Assembly: GCF_000002075.1 (NCBI RefSeq) | Contig: NW_004797385.1 | Location: forward strand, 658,512 to 722,511 | Reading direction: 5' to 3' | From: Aplysia californica | Lineage: Eukaryota | Length of the DNA stretch: 64,000 bases | Shown: in pieces, positions 46,501-55,011 of the stretch | Layout: each line of letters begins with the position of its first letter | Numbering within the stretch: position 1 is the first letter of the stretch | Program-made: the position numbers and the translations under genes | The notes under the pieces: model-generated | Told to the model about the DNA's origin: nothing | The model's database searches: none | The model's input: only the letters and a program-made list of their open reading frames with translations

Positions 46501-48629
46501 TTGAAAGTTTTCTCTCAAATACATCTTCAACCTCAACGGTAAGTCTTTGAACGAGGAGGGTTATTTTTTCTCATTCTGTAATGCTAGTGGTATGCATAAC
46601 GTTCTGCTTGTTTGTGTTACGCTTTGGGCCTGGAGGAGTGAGCGAAGTAATAGAACGCCTTTCTTCTTTTCGCTACTCAAGGGTTTTTACTCTTTGTCTT
46701 GCACTCTCTCCTTGAGGATTGCTTGCTCTTTCTTGTTTATTTTTTTGTCATGTTTTCTGTTCCTCAATAATTCTCACACTCTTTCACTTCCTCTCTCTTT
46801 CGCTATCCCCCGACTCTCTCTCTTTCTCTCTCTTTATATACACATATATAATTTTTTTTCATTCACTCTCTTTCTGTCCATTTGTCTATTATTACAGTGG
46901 AGTCCACTTATACTTATAACGAGTCCGGAAAAAACGAGAAGTCTCTTATAAAGACTCTATTCTAAAACCCCGTTTTTTTTCTCTTCTCTACGTTTGTAAA
47001 TAAAATACTGTTATAGCACAATCAGACAAACTCGACAAACAGACGAGTCGGTCATTACGGAATATTGCCAATTATACATAATGTAACACCTCGCCAGTTG
47101 AGAAACTAGTTGGTGATCTAGCAAAACAAAGAATGGGAGCTATGAGTGTCAACAATGAAGACCGGAGCGAATGAGTAGGGAGGGTGTGACATGCTCAGAC
47201 AAGCAGAACGCATCGCGTGATACGCCAGCGTAAGCCTAGTTTGAATTATCGAAGCCTATCAATCATGCCTCTCACTTCTCCGATGGGGGGATGGAGAGGT
47301 CACATTGCTGTGATGGATGGAGTGAATGTGTGACGTGCGCAAGCTGACGGAATGCACCACAGGATGTGGTGGGGTGGGGGAAAACACAGCGGGTGAGTTA
47401 GCCTAGAGACCTTTCTTTCTGATCGCCAACGCCGAGCTGTCAGCCAAGATCGCTAGATCTAGCGCTAGAGAAAGAAACCTGATTCGATTTTTGATCAAGT
47501 AAGACCTAGAGGTCATGTTGAAACAAAATCATCATCAGGGGAGAAAGCAAAAGGAAATAAACAGAACACCAAACTCATAGATTAGGCCTACTTTACAGTT
47601 TCCCTTGAATTTATTACTGGATCCTTTACAACGAGAATCCTGCTATAGCGGACATTTTGCTCCGGTCCCCTCCCTCTCGTTATAACAGGATTCCACTGTA
47701 TTTCACGTTTGTGAGGACCAGCTTTGCAACTAGACAAAAATATCTCGGACATTTGTGAATGCTTGTCTTCACAGCACCCTTAGAACAGGGAAAAAAGAGG
47801 AATGTGTTGGACCAGTCAGAATCAGACTCGTGTTGCAGAATGTAGTATGAATTTGTCTTGAAAGAGTCAAACTGTGATGCATGTTCTTTGATTCAGTGCC
47901 TTCAAGTATACTTGAAATTGTCTTGTGCCTAGGTTTCATTTTCATGATGAGCAAATTCTGGAATTACTATTTTGAGTCTTTTTAAGAGTGACTTGACATA
48001 ATTTGTATATTTCCAGTATCAATGATGCTTGTTTTTTTGCAGTGATTTGTGGAGGAGGTTTCTCATTTCATACTCAACTCGTCGGATGTCTCATCTTGAT
48101 CTTGTGTATCTTGTCTCCAAAGCCTAATAATCATATTTCTTGTCCTTTTTTATGTAATTAAGCAGCACAACAGTGGCAACATGTCGCTTCAATGGTTTTG
48201 CTGTTGATAGTTTTTTTGTTGAGAATTTGATAAATGATTTCAACAAATATAGTTAATACAAATGGATGCCAATATCATTCACTATTGCTCATGATGTTTC
48301 AATGCTCTTTTCTTCCGAGGGTTTTTTAAAACATGCATACAGTTATGAGAGTTTCTGCTCAAGTTATTGACTTAATATGTACTTGGTCTCGTTTACTGCA
48401 GAGCAACATTGTAGGTGAGGAGGAGTCATCATCTTCATCATCAGATGAAGGAGAAAGCTCATCATCATCATCAGATTCTGATAGAGAAACCGAAATTCCT
48501 GGGAGCTCCTCACCCTCCAAAAGTCAGGGGTCATCGGCCCAGAAGTCTGCTGAGGGAACGGAGAGTGGGAAGCCTGAGAGTAATTCCAACCCATTGACCA
48601 CACCAAAGGACAAAAACCCTTCTCTTTAG
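9359..48629 (+). CDS. LRPPRC: LRPPRC-family mitochondrial pentatricopeptide-repeat protein; 29 coding exons, about 1064 aa (one copy of duplicated exons 3-5 counted)
   Basis: All 28 introns are GT-AG with matching phases; summed CDS is 3195 nt. Arg-rich presequence-like start MAALIRYGLRSPR. Colinear similarity to recalled human LRPPRC: AALLLYICS..VWSRLEELG, VTYGLLVEGFCQNGDIAGA, FNSFITGHFKAG, AMDLGISVQG, TPGLR, EEFITPHKATLSLLVNALK. Confidence 0.88.
9781..11273. mobile_element. Helentron/HINE-like non-autonomous element inserted in the SINE
   Basis: Inserted between TTT and TTT; hairpin CGGAGAAATA...TATTTCTCCG at the left end; 37-bp tandem array of the same motif at the right end; internal (CA)n. 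Confidence 0.55.
11144..11273. repeat. 37-bp tandem repeat, about 3.5 copies (CGGAGAAATAGTGCCCAGCTTTATTTTCCCGAACGTT)
   Basis: Units start at 11144, 11181, 11218 and 11255. Confidence 0.95.
11725..12632. mobile_element. piggyBac-like non-autonomous element inserted in the SINE tRNA head
   Basis: TTAA TSD (11721-11724, 12633-12636); TIR CTCACTT..GAC.GG; removing it restores the SINE sequence seen at 17490-17510. Confidence 0.8.
13680..14110. mobile_element. About 430-bp TIR MITE family (G(G/A)AATCAGGCGCTCGTCAA); copies at about 19835-20255, 23340-23760, 53015-53460 and 60182-60623 (inverted)
   Basis: Shared internal sequence and inverted ends, best preserved at 60182-60623. Confidence 0.75.
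14164..15715. mobile_element. Degenerate TIR DNA element
   Basis: Inverted CCCGCCGGA...CGGGGTCACGGGG motifs near both ends; no TSD or ORF found. Confidence 0.4.
16827..16951 (+). CDS. LRPPRC: LRPPRC-like exon 2
   Basis: FLATAAQKKDQIVTDIHRRLDYNRGVSSDLFNSLYTTLRNY; phase 2 to 1. Confidence 0.78.
17185..17515 (-). mobile_element. tRNA-derived Deu/Nin-type SINE copy with an internal deletion
   Basis: Minus strand: TGGCCTAGAGGTCAAGG, GGTTCGAATC, ATTAAAGATCCCATGG..ATAAGAGTAGG..CCTGGGCAAAATTC. Confidence 0.8.
17520..18250. repeat. Two diverged tandem units of about 380 bp
   Basis: TCCAGAT.GACAT..GAAAGGGAATT.GATG..AGATTTCAT..GTTACTAAAAATAGA..TTTAGAGTTTACA..ATTCTGTTG..TTATTGCCCTTGAA occurs twice in the same order. 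Confidence 0.75.
18819..18941 (+). CDS. LRPPRC: LRPPRC-like exon 3 (identical copy at 22323-22445)
   Basis: ETLSEQDAALLLYICSTGPFDAPTERRLQLTEEVWSRLEELG; phase 1 to 1. Confidence 0.85.
19450..19571 (+). CDS. LRPPRC: LRPPRC-like exon 4 (identical copy at 22954-23075)
   Basis: GVEPSTKLYNMKLKAFGGNSKRFEPLEELTHMKSLGLNPDK, PPR motif; phase 1 to 0. Confidence 0.85.
20670..20728 (+). CDS. LRPPRC: LRPPRC-like exon 5 (identical copy at 24174-24232)
   Basis: VTYGLLVEGFCQNGDIAGA, canonical PPR helix A; gtaagt donor. Confidence 0.87.
24931..25017 (+). CDS. LRPPRC: LRPPRC-like exon 6
   Basis: LVLEAMKEARLLLGVNIFNSFITGHFKAG; phase 2 to 2. Confidence 0.87.
25468..26222. mobile_element. pogo/Tigger-type MITE; second copy at about 49262-50038
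   Basis: TA|CAGTCGAACCTG ... CAGGTTCGACTG|TA; repeated GACGGCCACC subterminal motifs. Confidence 0.85.
26288..26326 (+). CDS. LRPPRC: LRPPRC-like exon 7
   Basis: SPEDALGVIDLLK; tttcag / gtaagt. Confidence 0.82.
26573..27738. mobile_element. hAT-like MITE with a triplicated right end
   Basis: TIR CAGGGTTGG; 8-bp TSD CTGTTGTT (26565-26572, 27739-27746); GATTTAAATC subterminal repeats. Confidence 0.85.
28147..28234 (+). CDS. LRPPRC: LRPPRC-like exon 8
   Basis: SRGLSPSADTFLRFAEHYAEEGDLSSVQK, PPR motif. Confidence 0.87.
28896..29000 (+). CDS. LRPPRC: LRPPRC-like exon 9
   Basis: YISDADEQGTPLSHIMLLDLYKMFVSSGHSTQAQE; gtgagt donor. Confidence 0.85.
29794..29982 (+). CDS. LRPPRC: LRPPRC-like exon 10
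   Basis: FLGLISGRGVF...AGSFLLKAMVINGY; phase 0 to 0. Confidence 0.85.
30721..30826 (+). CDS. LRPPRC: LRPPRC-like exon 11
   Basis: SAESVMEMADNLVEFNPGSLAHRNALLYAYKADRA; phase 0 to 1. Confidence 0.83.
31469..31506 (+). CDS. LRPPRC: LRPPRC-like exon 12
   Basis: DLAVQLIELMLSK; phase 1 to 0. Confidence 0.82.
31866..32047 (+). mobile_element. Retroposon 3' end family; related copies at 38776-38915 and about 45100-45303
   Basis: GTGGGTGGTTGGCG.GTGCTCTGGTGTGGTTTGCTTC shared with the 38.8-kb copy; GTTGCAAGTGCCGTA..ACTAAA tail shared with the 45.3-kb copy. Confidence 0.55.
32960..33029 (+). CDS. LRPPRC: LRPPRC-like exon 13
   Basis: NHTLKVPHFIPAVCYYRNQGDAAG (cf. human RPHYFWPLL); phase 0 to 1. Confidence 0.8.
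33579..33721 (+). CDS. LRPPRC: LRPPRC-like exon 14
   Basis: GAYKVTSMLMDLDASDAIDDTVEQLLNCFYPALLELGQSREDILNNTK; phase 1 to 0. Confidence 0.82.
34562..34640 (+). CDS. LRPPRC: LRPPRC-like exon 15
   Basis: GKEKTWRSIFFLRDLQKEGAEEALKN; long pyrimidine tract; phase 0 to 1. Confidence 0.72.
34709..35075 (-). mobile_element. 3' fragment of an RTE-clade LINE
   Basis: Minus strand reads RRRWRWIGHTLRK...LNWNPQGKRSRGRP...LAQDREKWR, the RTE ORF C-terminus; short (GAT/GAA) tail. Confidence 0.85.
35440..35537 (+). CDS. LRPPRC: LRPPRC-like exon 16
   Basis: AEGKDLDPDVFKYYNFSSIITQRLPQEWAQCVD; phase 1 to 0. Confidence 0.8.
36375..36512 (+). CDS. LRPPRC: LRPPRC-like exon 17
   Basis: VLEFLAKIPGIDKG...GLTTMKDK; gtaagc donor. 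Confidence 0.82.
37313..37381 (+). CDS. LRPPRC: LRPPRC-like exon 18
   Basis: NLRLRQRFLQIKSLTGMPEEIQM; phase 0 to 0. Confidence 0.75.
38414..38440 (+). CDS. LRPPRC: LRPPRC-like exon 19 (27-nt microexon)
   Basis: KVKGLCVAP; T-rich acceptor tcaacag, gtaagt donor; frame-neutral. Confidence 0.68.
39069..39209 (+). CDS. LRPPRC: LRPPRC-like exon 20
   Basis: QTAPRSRYLSAGELEG...LLNKAMAQG; phase 0 to 0. Confidence 0.8.
40109..40248 (+). CDS. LRPPRC: LRPPRC-like exon 21
   Basis: NLEESKLKLREMQACG...GDVEYATLYFNEL; gtgagt; phase 0 to 2. Confidence 0.82.
40784..40866 (+). CDS. LRPPRC: LRPPRC-like exon 22
   Basis: KNLTGTSYRCTIPLNIAVLQLKNGNVQG; phase 2 to 1. Confidence 0.82.
41822..42041 (+). CDS. LRPPRC: LRPPRC-like exon 23
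   Basis: AVDMIQEANQ...VHEALLKAGGLVP...KKVLEG; phase 1 to 2. Confidence 0.85.
42050..42300 (+). mobile_element. Old tRNA-derived (CORE-like) SINE; related inverted remnant at about 59400-59580
   Basis: Degenerate A/B boxes followed by TTGTG...AAAGGTACTTAA...TTCCTCA...CAGGTG. Confidence 0.45.
42488..42612 (+). CDS. LRPPRC: LRPPRC-like exon 24
   Basis: AGDAELMSRLVDLHKDHHVFPCLEQVLTRLITNQDVEKLKL; phase 2 to 1. Confidence 0.87.
43048..43154 (+). CDS. LRPPRC: LRPPRC-like exon 25
   Basis: AMDLGISVQGNSLLHHRLAASFVQAGMPSKAITVLQ; phase 1 to 0. Confidence 0.87.
43199..43854. mobile_element. Decayed DNA element with CACCCTAA / TTAGGGTG termini (possibly piggyBac-like)
   Basis: Short inverted ends; CpG-richer than flanks; acidic ORF fragment 43410-43673; no clean TTAA. 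Confidence 0.4.
44268..44336 (+). CDS. LRPPRC: LRPPRC-like exon 26
   Basis: TPGLRISQNQLLASCQYFIKFKQ (cf. human TPGIR); gtaagt. Confidence 0.87.
44891..44978 (+). CDS. LRPPRC: LRPPRC-like exon 27
   Basis: IQNLESLVDIAKHFPVSRAIMLKQLIIGY; phase 0 to 1. Confidence 0.85.
45405..45876. mobile_element. Tigger/pogo-type MITE
   Basis: TA|CAGTGGAACTCGGATTCAA ... TTGAATCCGAGTTCCACTG|TA. Confidence 0.9.
46366..46538 (+). CDS. LRPPRC: LRPPRC-like exon 28
   Basis: VAADDMTKALDVLQTFNEEFITPHKATLSLLVNALK...SSTST; gtaagt. Confidence 0.87.
46895..47698. mobile_element. Tigger/pogo-type MITE
   Basis: TA|CAGTGGAGTCC..TTATAACGAG ... CTCGTTATAACAGGATTCCACTG|TA. Confidence 0.8.
48402..48629 (+). CDS. LRPPRC: LRPPRC-like terminal exon 29 (Ser/acidic low-complexity tail)
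   Basis: ctgcag acceptor, phase 0; SNIVGEEESSSSSSDEGESSSSSSDSD...KDKNPSL*; AATAAA at 48823-48828. Confidence 0.78.
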   Translation, partial: SNIVGEEESSSSSSDEGESSSSSSDSDRETEIPGSSSPSKSQGSSAQKSAEGTESGKPESNSNPLTTPKDKNPSL

Positions 48630-50047
48630 ATTTATTGATTAAGGTGATCAGTAGTCAAGCATTTTGTTTTGAGTAGCTCTGGAAGTTTTGATTTGTCAGG
48701 GAAAGTAATTTATGTTAAAATATGTCATATGTGCATAAAGTAAAGCATTTTGTGAAAGAAGATTAACTCCCCCTAGTGATTTGATAAGAAACTACAGATA
48801 TAGGCCTACATGGGTTAATATTAATAAAAGATAAACCAAATATACGCCTGTTGGTCTCAGGAAATCAGGAATTTGTCGCCTCTCGGCCACTTTGAGTTTT
48901 GGTGCTTTTCTGAAAGCTTGAGTGTTCCTGATTATTTAGTCAAAATTTTTCAATTCTTTTTTATTGGATGAGCTATTGCATTTTGAGGTAACAAAATGTG
49001 GAAAAGTAAGAACTGAGAAAAACGGATTCAACGTTACACCATTGTTGCTTTTTAATGTCTGAATGCAAATGGAAAATAAATTGAGAAAAGATAATATTTA
49101 AAGTGGTTTTCACAAGAAACAGCTCTTGAAATATTGTGTGAAATGGTTGGGGCATCCTGGTGGTTTGCATGACTCAAAATCAACCAGAATTGACCACACT
49201 GACTCTATTTTTGCCGATATCTTGGTTCGAGGTTTAGTGACATATTCCTGGTTTCCTCAGACTAGCGGCCACCTCTATAAGACGGTCACCTGTACAATCG
49301 ACCACTTTCCATTTCCCCCCCTTGCGTTTTTTCTATATAATTTAACTGTGTAAAACGGGCACCTGTCCAACGCGGCCGCAGCCACCATATTTTAACACAC
49401 AACCCCTATCACACTAAGCAATAACACCTGTCTTAGACGGCCACCTTAGTGACTTCATTGCGTTTTGTCATAAATTGTGCATTGGCCCCTGGTGTTGTGG
49501 GCGAGCCGTCATAATTCAATCACCTGTGGTTGCTGTTAGGTTGTCATTCCAACCGATCATGTTGCGTAGGTCCCTCCCACTGTTGACCAATTTTCAGCTG
49601 CTGGTGAGGTAAGTGAGTGATCCCTCATAACCCAGAAGCCCCGCCCAGAACTCATACGCAAATCGTATGTGAGATGAGTGGTCACTGTTTACCCAGTCTG
49701 TAACAAAGGACGTCAACATGAACTTGTGACAGAAGCGTCGCTCGTTCTCCGAGTGGTGGCGACCTATGTGTTTGTTTTAACATGGCACTCGGTCTTCCTC
49801 GTCTGACACGTTTCGTTTCATTGCCACCCTTGTGCAAAATCAGCAACAAAATAAAAAAATTTTTAAACACAAACCAACAACAACAAAAACAACAACAATG
49901 CGGCTACTTTCGATTGGGACTTCAGATGGGAATGGTTTGTTTTCTTCATCTTGATCAGTCCTGTCTAAGACGGCCACCTGTCTTATACGGCCACTTTTCT
50001 CCTTGACAATTGGTGGCCGTCTTACACAGATTTGACTGTATATTAGT

Positions 50048-50050
<3 letters not shown>

Positions 50051-50116
<66 letters not shown>
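50051..50116. repeat. (TA)n microsatellite
   Basis: Seen directly, just past the MITE end. Confidence 0.95.
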
Positions 50117-50119
<3 letters not shown>

Positions 50120-52045
50120 TTATATAGTCTAGCATGCACATAGCAAACATGCACATAGTGAAGCACACATATAGCGAACAGATTTTCAAGTCCTGCTTTT
50201 TTTCTTATAATGTCTATTCTTTGTTCTTAAAATATGTACTTTTTACTCCAACGAAAGATTTCTGTGTCCCACAGATTTTGTTGTGTGCATGCTAGACTGT
50301 AGTTTGCTGCCCTGATGACACAATCAAGTATAAATCAAAATGACTTTTTCTTTTACCTCAATCTATAATTTGTAGAGAATGACATTAGCAGAAAGAAGAT
50401 GAAGCATTCACAATCTATTGAGTCTAAAGAAACCAGACAATTTTGGTTGACATTGTTCGTCAATTGTGTTCAAAGGTAAGAACTGAGAAAACCAGATGCA
50501 GCTCCAAAATATGTGGCGGTTCAGTAAAATATACAGTCCAGCAAGCAAATGAAGTCTGAGGGAAGTGGTAATCTTTATGTTATGTACAAAGTACAAAGTT
50601 TACTATTAGATCTACATGTTTTTAATACAAAGAACATAATATTAATATATATAACAAAAAGTTCAAGACTTAAAAAATCTGTTCGCTTTGTGCATGTTTT
50701 GCTATGTGTTTGCTAGACTATCTGAATATCAGTATGTGAGGGAATCATTGCCCCTGAAATGGATTTTTTTGGGGAAAATCTTTTTTGAAGTATGCGTTAT
50801 ACAGGTTGTTAACAGTTTTCTGACCAAATGAATAATGAGGGGTGTTAGGGGGTGGGGTTGGGAAGTGATAATAAATTATTGAAATCTTTCTTTTGGTATA
50901 AATTGTATGTTCCAGTGAAATGAGGGGGGGGGGGGGGGGTTGTTGCATATGGTTTGATGAATGGTGGTATGACTATGAGGGTAGTACGAGTGCCGGGTGT
51001 GTTCCAGTTTTTTGTTGGTTAGTGCAAATATTTCATCAGCTATTGTGTGTTTGTGGTAAGCATTGATTACCCTATGTGATATATGTGTTATATCTGTGTA
51101 AGAGGACTGAGAGTGAATAAAGAATGCTTATTACATTTTCAAATTGTACTCGAGTAATTTTATTGAGGCATGCTGTATTTGTCATGTCAAGACTGCATTC
51201 TGTAATCCTGTACTAGAACTAAAGTCTGGGCATGTTTAGCCTCAACATTTGTCATCCCTGAAGAAGGTGGTATCTCCTAAATCAAATGTTCTGGCCCTAA
51301 AGTATTAATAATTAATAGGAACTTAATAATTGGAACTCTCCTTAAACAATGAAGTGATATTAGACTAGAGGTAACCCTGTACACTTTGTACCTCAGTATC
51401 TGAACAAAGACATAGACTGCTCCGAGCTAATCAAAATAAATTTTCTGAGACCCATTGTAAATATATACTGTAGACTTTGCTTAAGATTAAGATGATATTG
51501 AAGAACAATCAAAGTAGGCCCTACTCTGATATATGTCCTCTAACAAGTCTTCTGCATAATTACCGGTATGGTCAAGGTAAGCACACAAAAAATGTCATTA
51601 AAATACCGGCATATATGTTAAATAGTTATCGTAGTTAATTGAAAACGCAGTCCATTTTAACCGTAACGAGAAACTCCATAAATCATTTCAATTCAAAAGA
51701 CAATCTCTGCAAATTGTTTAGTTTCCAAATATTTCATAGAAAGCCAGGGTGTGTGTGCTGAAGCCTTATGATCTAACTGTTGATTTTTGTGGAAGGCATT
51801 TCTGAACTGACCGAACTGCATGTACAGCATCCCAGCAAAACAGACAGAGACACTTGATAAAATAAATTTTCCCATGCAGGAATGCCTCACTCTCCTACAC
51901 TACACCATAGACACCACCACAGACACTGGTGAGGACAGTGAGAGATTGAGGAAGAAGAAAGTGTTTCAGCCAATATCAACATTCTTGGAAGTGGGATCAC
52001 ACCCGTGAATTGACTCCTAGCTGTAATGTTTGTTCTTTCCTTTAA

Positions 52046-52625
52046 CCCCTTCGTTGCCTTATGACGTACCTGATACTTCACTAAAATGACTAAATCTAAT
52101 TTTTAGCGCTCTGCTGTACCGTGTACGTCACAGAAGTTGGCAGAATTTGCCGCTTCTGGTTGCCAGTGAGATGTTACATGTACATCACGCCTGGCTCTAA
52201 TTCTTCTGTACAGAGTTTTAACCACCTACGTAGATTTGTATTCGGAACTGAAAGACACGCGTATCGGTATCAAATTTGCTTGTATTACTTTACTGTTAGC
52301 CTTGCAAGCGATCGACAAACACAGATCTAGGCTTGTGGGCAGCCTCGTGCTCTCGTAAAATGTAATCATCGAAATGACTTTAGAAAATCAAATAAATTCT
52401 TTTTGACTTAGATTTGCAGGTAATTCGAAATTATGACTCAAGATGGTAGGAAATAGGGAAGAAAAGTGACAATCGAAGACCCGGTGTCCCAAATATGTCA
52501 TGAATGATCTAGATCTAGACCACGCGGCCATTAACCCTGAGACATTAGGCTGTTGTCCTGGGTAACGAGCTCAGCTGAAAATCAGTGCTGACAGTACGAA
52601 CGCGTACACTCGGGCAACGAAAGGG
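52046..52625. mobile_element. piggyBac-like MITE
   Basis: TTAA|CCCCTTCGTTGCC ... GGCAACGAAAGGG|TTAA. Confidence 0.85.
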
Positions 52626-54893
52626 TTAAGGAACAGAGGAGACGTAAACTAAGGTCCTTTGAGGAACATTTTTTTATTTGGTTTGGTTCCCTCCTTCTAT
52701 TTTGCAACAACCTATTCATTACAGCACAGGTAGAGACAAGATTAATCATCACAATACTGTGATCAGCTTGGACTTGAATTTGAAACAAATTACATTTATT
52801 CAGGCCACAGAAAAGACAAAGAGATCAACCTAAACGGGAATCTCATTCAAGAAAATAAACAAAATCACTCAAGACTACATTTTCACACAGCACACTTGCT
52901 GCACTTTCAGCTCTCAGTTTGGTCAATGGAATCATATCATTGTACTTTGTAATTCAGTCTTTCGCATACAGTAATGCAATTACAAAAAAGTTGAACATAA
53001 CATTCAAGCATACTTGTGTCATGACTACATAGAATCAGGTGCTTGTCAATTTTTAGGTATATACATGGAGATACTGGTATAAAATCTTAAAATGAGTTAA
53101 AGCTTTTCCATTTGTCTTGCTTTTTTATGAAAAAACATACCCATCTATCCTGAATAGAAGTCGAGATATTTGCAACTGAAAAAGGTGAAGTTGCAGTGTC
53201 AGAGGTAAAATAAGCAAGAAAAAGGCTACCTAAGTTAAGTGACTTCCAAAGTTTTAATTTAAGTGTTCTTCAAAACTGCAAATTTACTTTTTTTTTTCTC
53301 CTTTTTTCAGTTTAATCCATGCAGAAATATTTTGAACGGACTTGAAAGGTATTGAGCCAAACAAATAAAATCAATAAAAATTGCCCAACCGGCAAAGAAA
53401 TGTTGAATTCTATTTTCTTCTTTTGATGAGCGCCTGATTTCACCATGATGTCACACATTCTAATATGACATAGAAACAACTCTCAGACAATATTACAAAT
53501 GGGCTTCATGTGAGATAACATCAAACCAGAAGTAGTATAAAAGTATTCATGAATATATGAAAAGCATGTTTAGTTCTTTCTCTCTTCCATTCTTAATCTT
53601 AAAACAAAAGTAACCAACAAAATGTCTGACCTGACAAGTCATGCATCCTTTCTCTGCAGCAGAGTCAAAAACAGCTGAGTGAGAACAATCTTGAGGGACT
53701 AATTTTACTTAAAATCACTTTCCGAGATTTCGTCCTGAAAAACTAAATTTGTCAAATTGAAGCAGAAATTCCATATGATTCCCCTGAGTGTGTTTTAAAA
53801 GATAGTGATACTGAAGATAGCCTAAATACTTGCTAGTTTTTGCAAACTAGAATATGATTTTTACCTTTAAAATCATGATCTTGTTCTTTTCTGTCAACCT
53901 ATCTGTGCTAGATCTTTCACAGTATGTTCCTCTGACTACACAGGTCAAGAAAATGTAAAAAACTCAATTTTCAAAAATAGCAACACATTTAGTTCCAAAT
54001 GATAGCAAAACTTGAAGGATGCAATTCCCAGTAACAAACTACCTGAGGTATACTTGAAATCATTCTTGCATGTTATATGAACTATAAAACTACACAGAAT
54101 GTACGCCATACCTCGCCATAAGACTTGTTGGGTGAGCCACTAATAAGTGAGGGTGACAGATATAGTGCAATTCATTGAGAAGACAGGTGAAAACAAACAC
54201 TTTTTGTTTAACAAAATCATCTCACTTTTGGAGAGATAAAAACTAATTATGGAAAGCTATTTTACACATTAACTTCCACATTTTAATTTGACAAGTAAGA
54301 AACTTTTCAAACTGGCTCAACAATAGGTTTCACAATTCTCAGAAGCCTTTTTGTAAAAAAAAAAAGCAGACAAGTAGAGACACTGAAGCAATGCTCCATT
54401 TGAATGGTACTATATCACTCCGTTTAGGAACAGAAACAGTAGCCATAATCTTACTGCCTCATGTCATTCGAAATGTAAACTGCACCCCCTTCCAAAATCC
54501 CATAAATCATAGAGCCAATATGGCATTTTAACAACTAGTTCAACTAGCTATCGTTCTTGACACAGTGAGACAATTTCTCAAATTAGTACTTTTGTCCTGA
54601 CCTGATATGAAACCAGCAGAACAATGACTGAAAACTTGTCTTTGAAAACAGTTGGTCATATTTTAGGCATTGACTTTGACTTTGATAAATATGTATGAAT
54701 TTTTAGAGTTTGGTTTTACAGTTTAGACTATAGTGGCTTCAAAAATTGCCATGGAATTGAAAAATTAAAATGGTAAGTACGAGCAATTTTTAACTTTTGG
54801 AAACAAAAAGTTGCTTGCACAAAAAAATCATTTTAAAAAAATCTTTACTTAACTACAGAAGGATGAGGAGAGAAAATAAAAATATAGACAGTG

Positions 54894-55011
54894 TCATACA
54901 TCTTTTGGATCTACAAGACGAATGTTAGATGCTCCAGACCTATTCTGCATAGCTTTCTGAAGCTGTATGGACTTGAACCTCTCCTGAGCCAGCTGATACC
55001 TACAGACACCC
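54894..55011 (-). CDS. COX20: COX20 terminal exon
   Basis: GVCRYQLAQERFKSIQLQKAMQNRSGASNIRLVDPKDV*. Confidence 0.88.
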
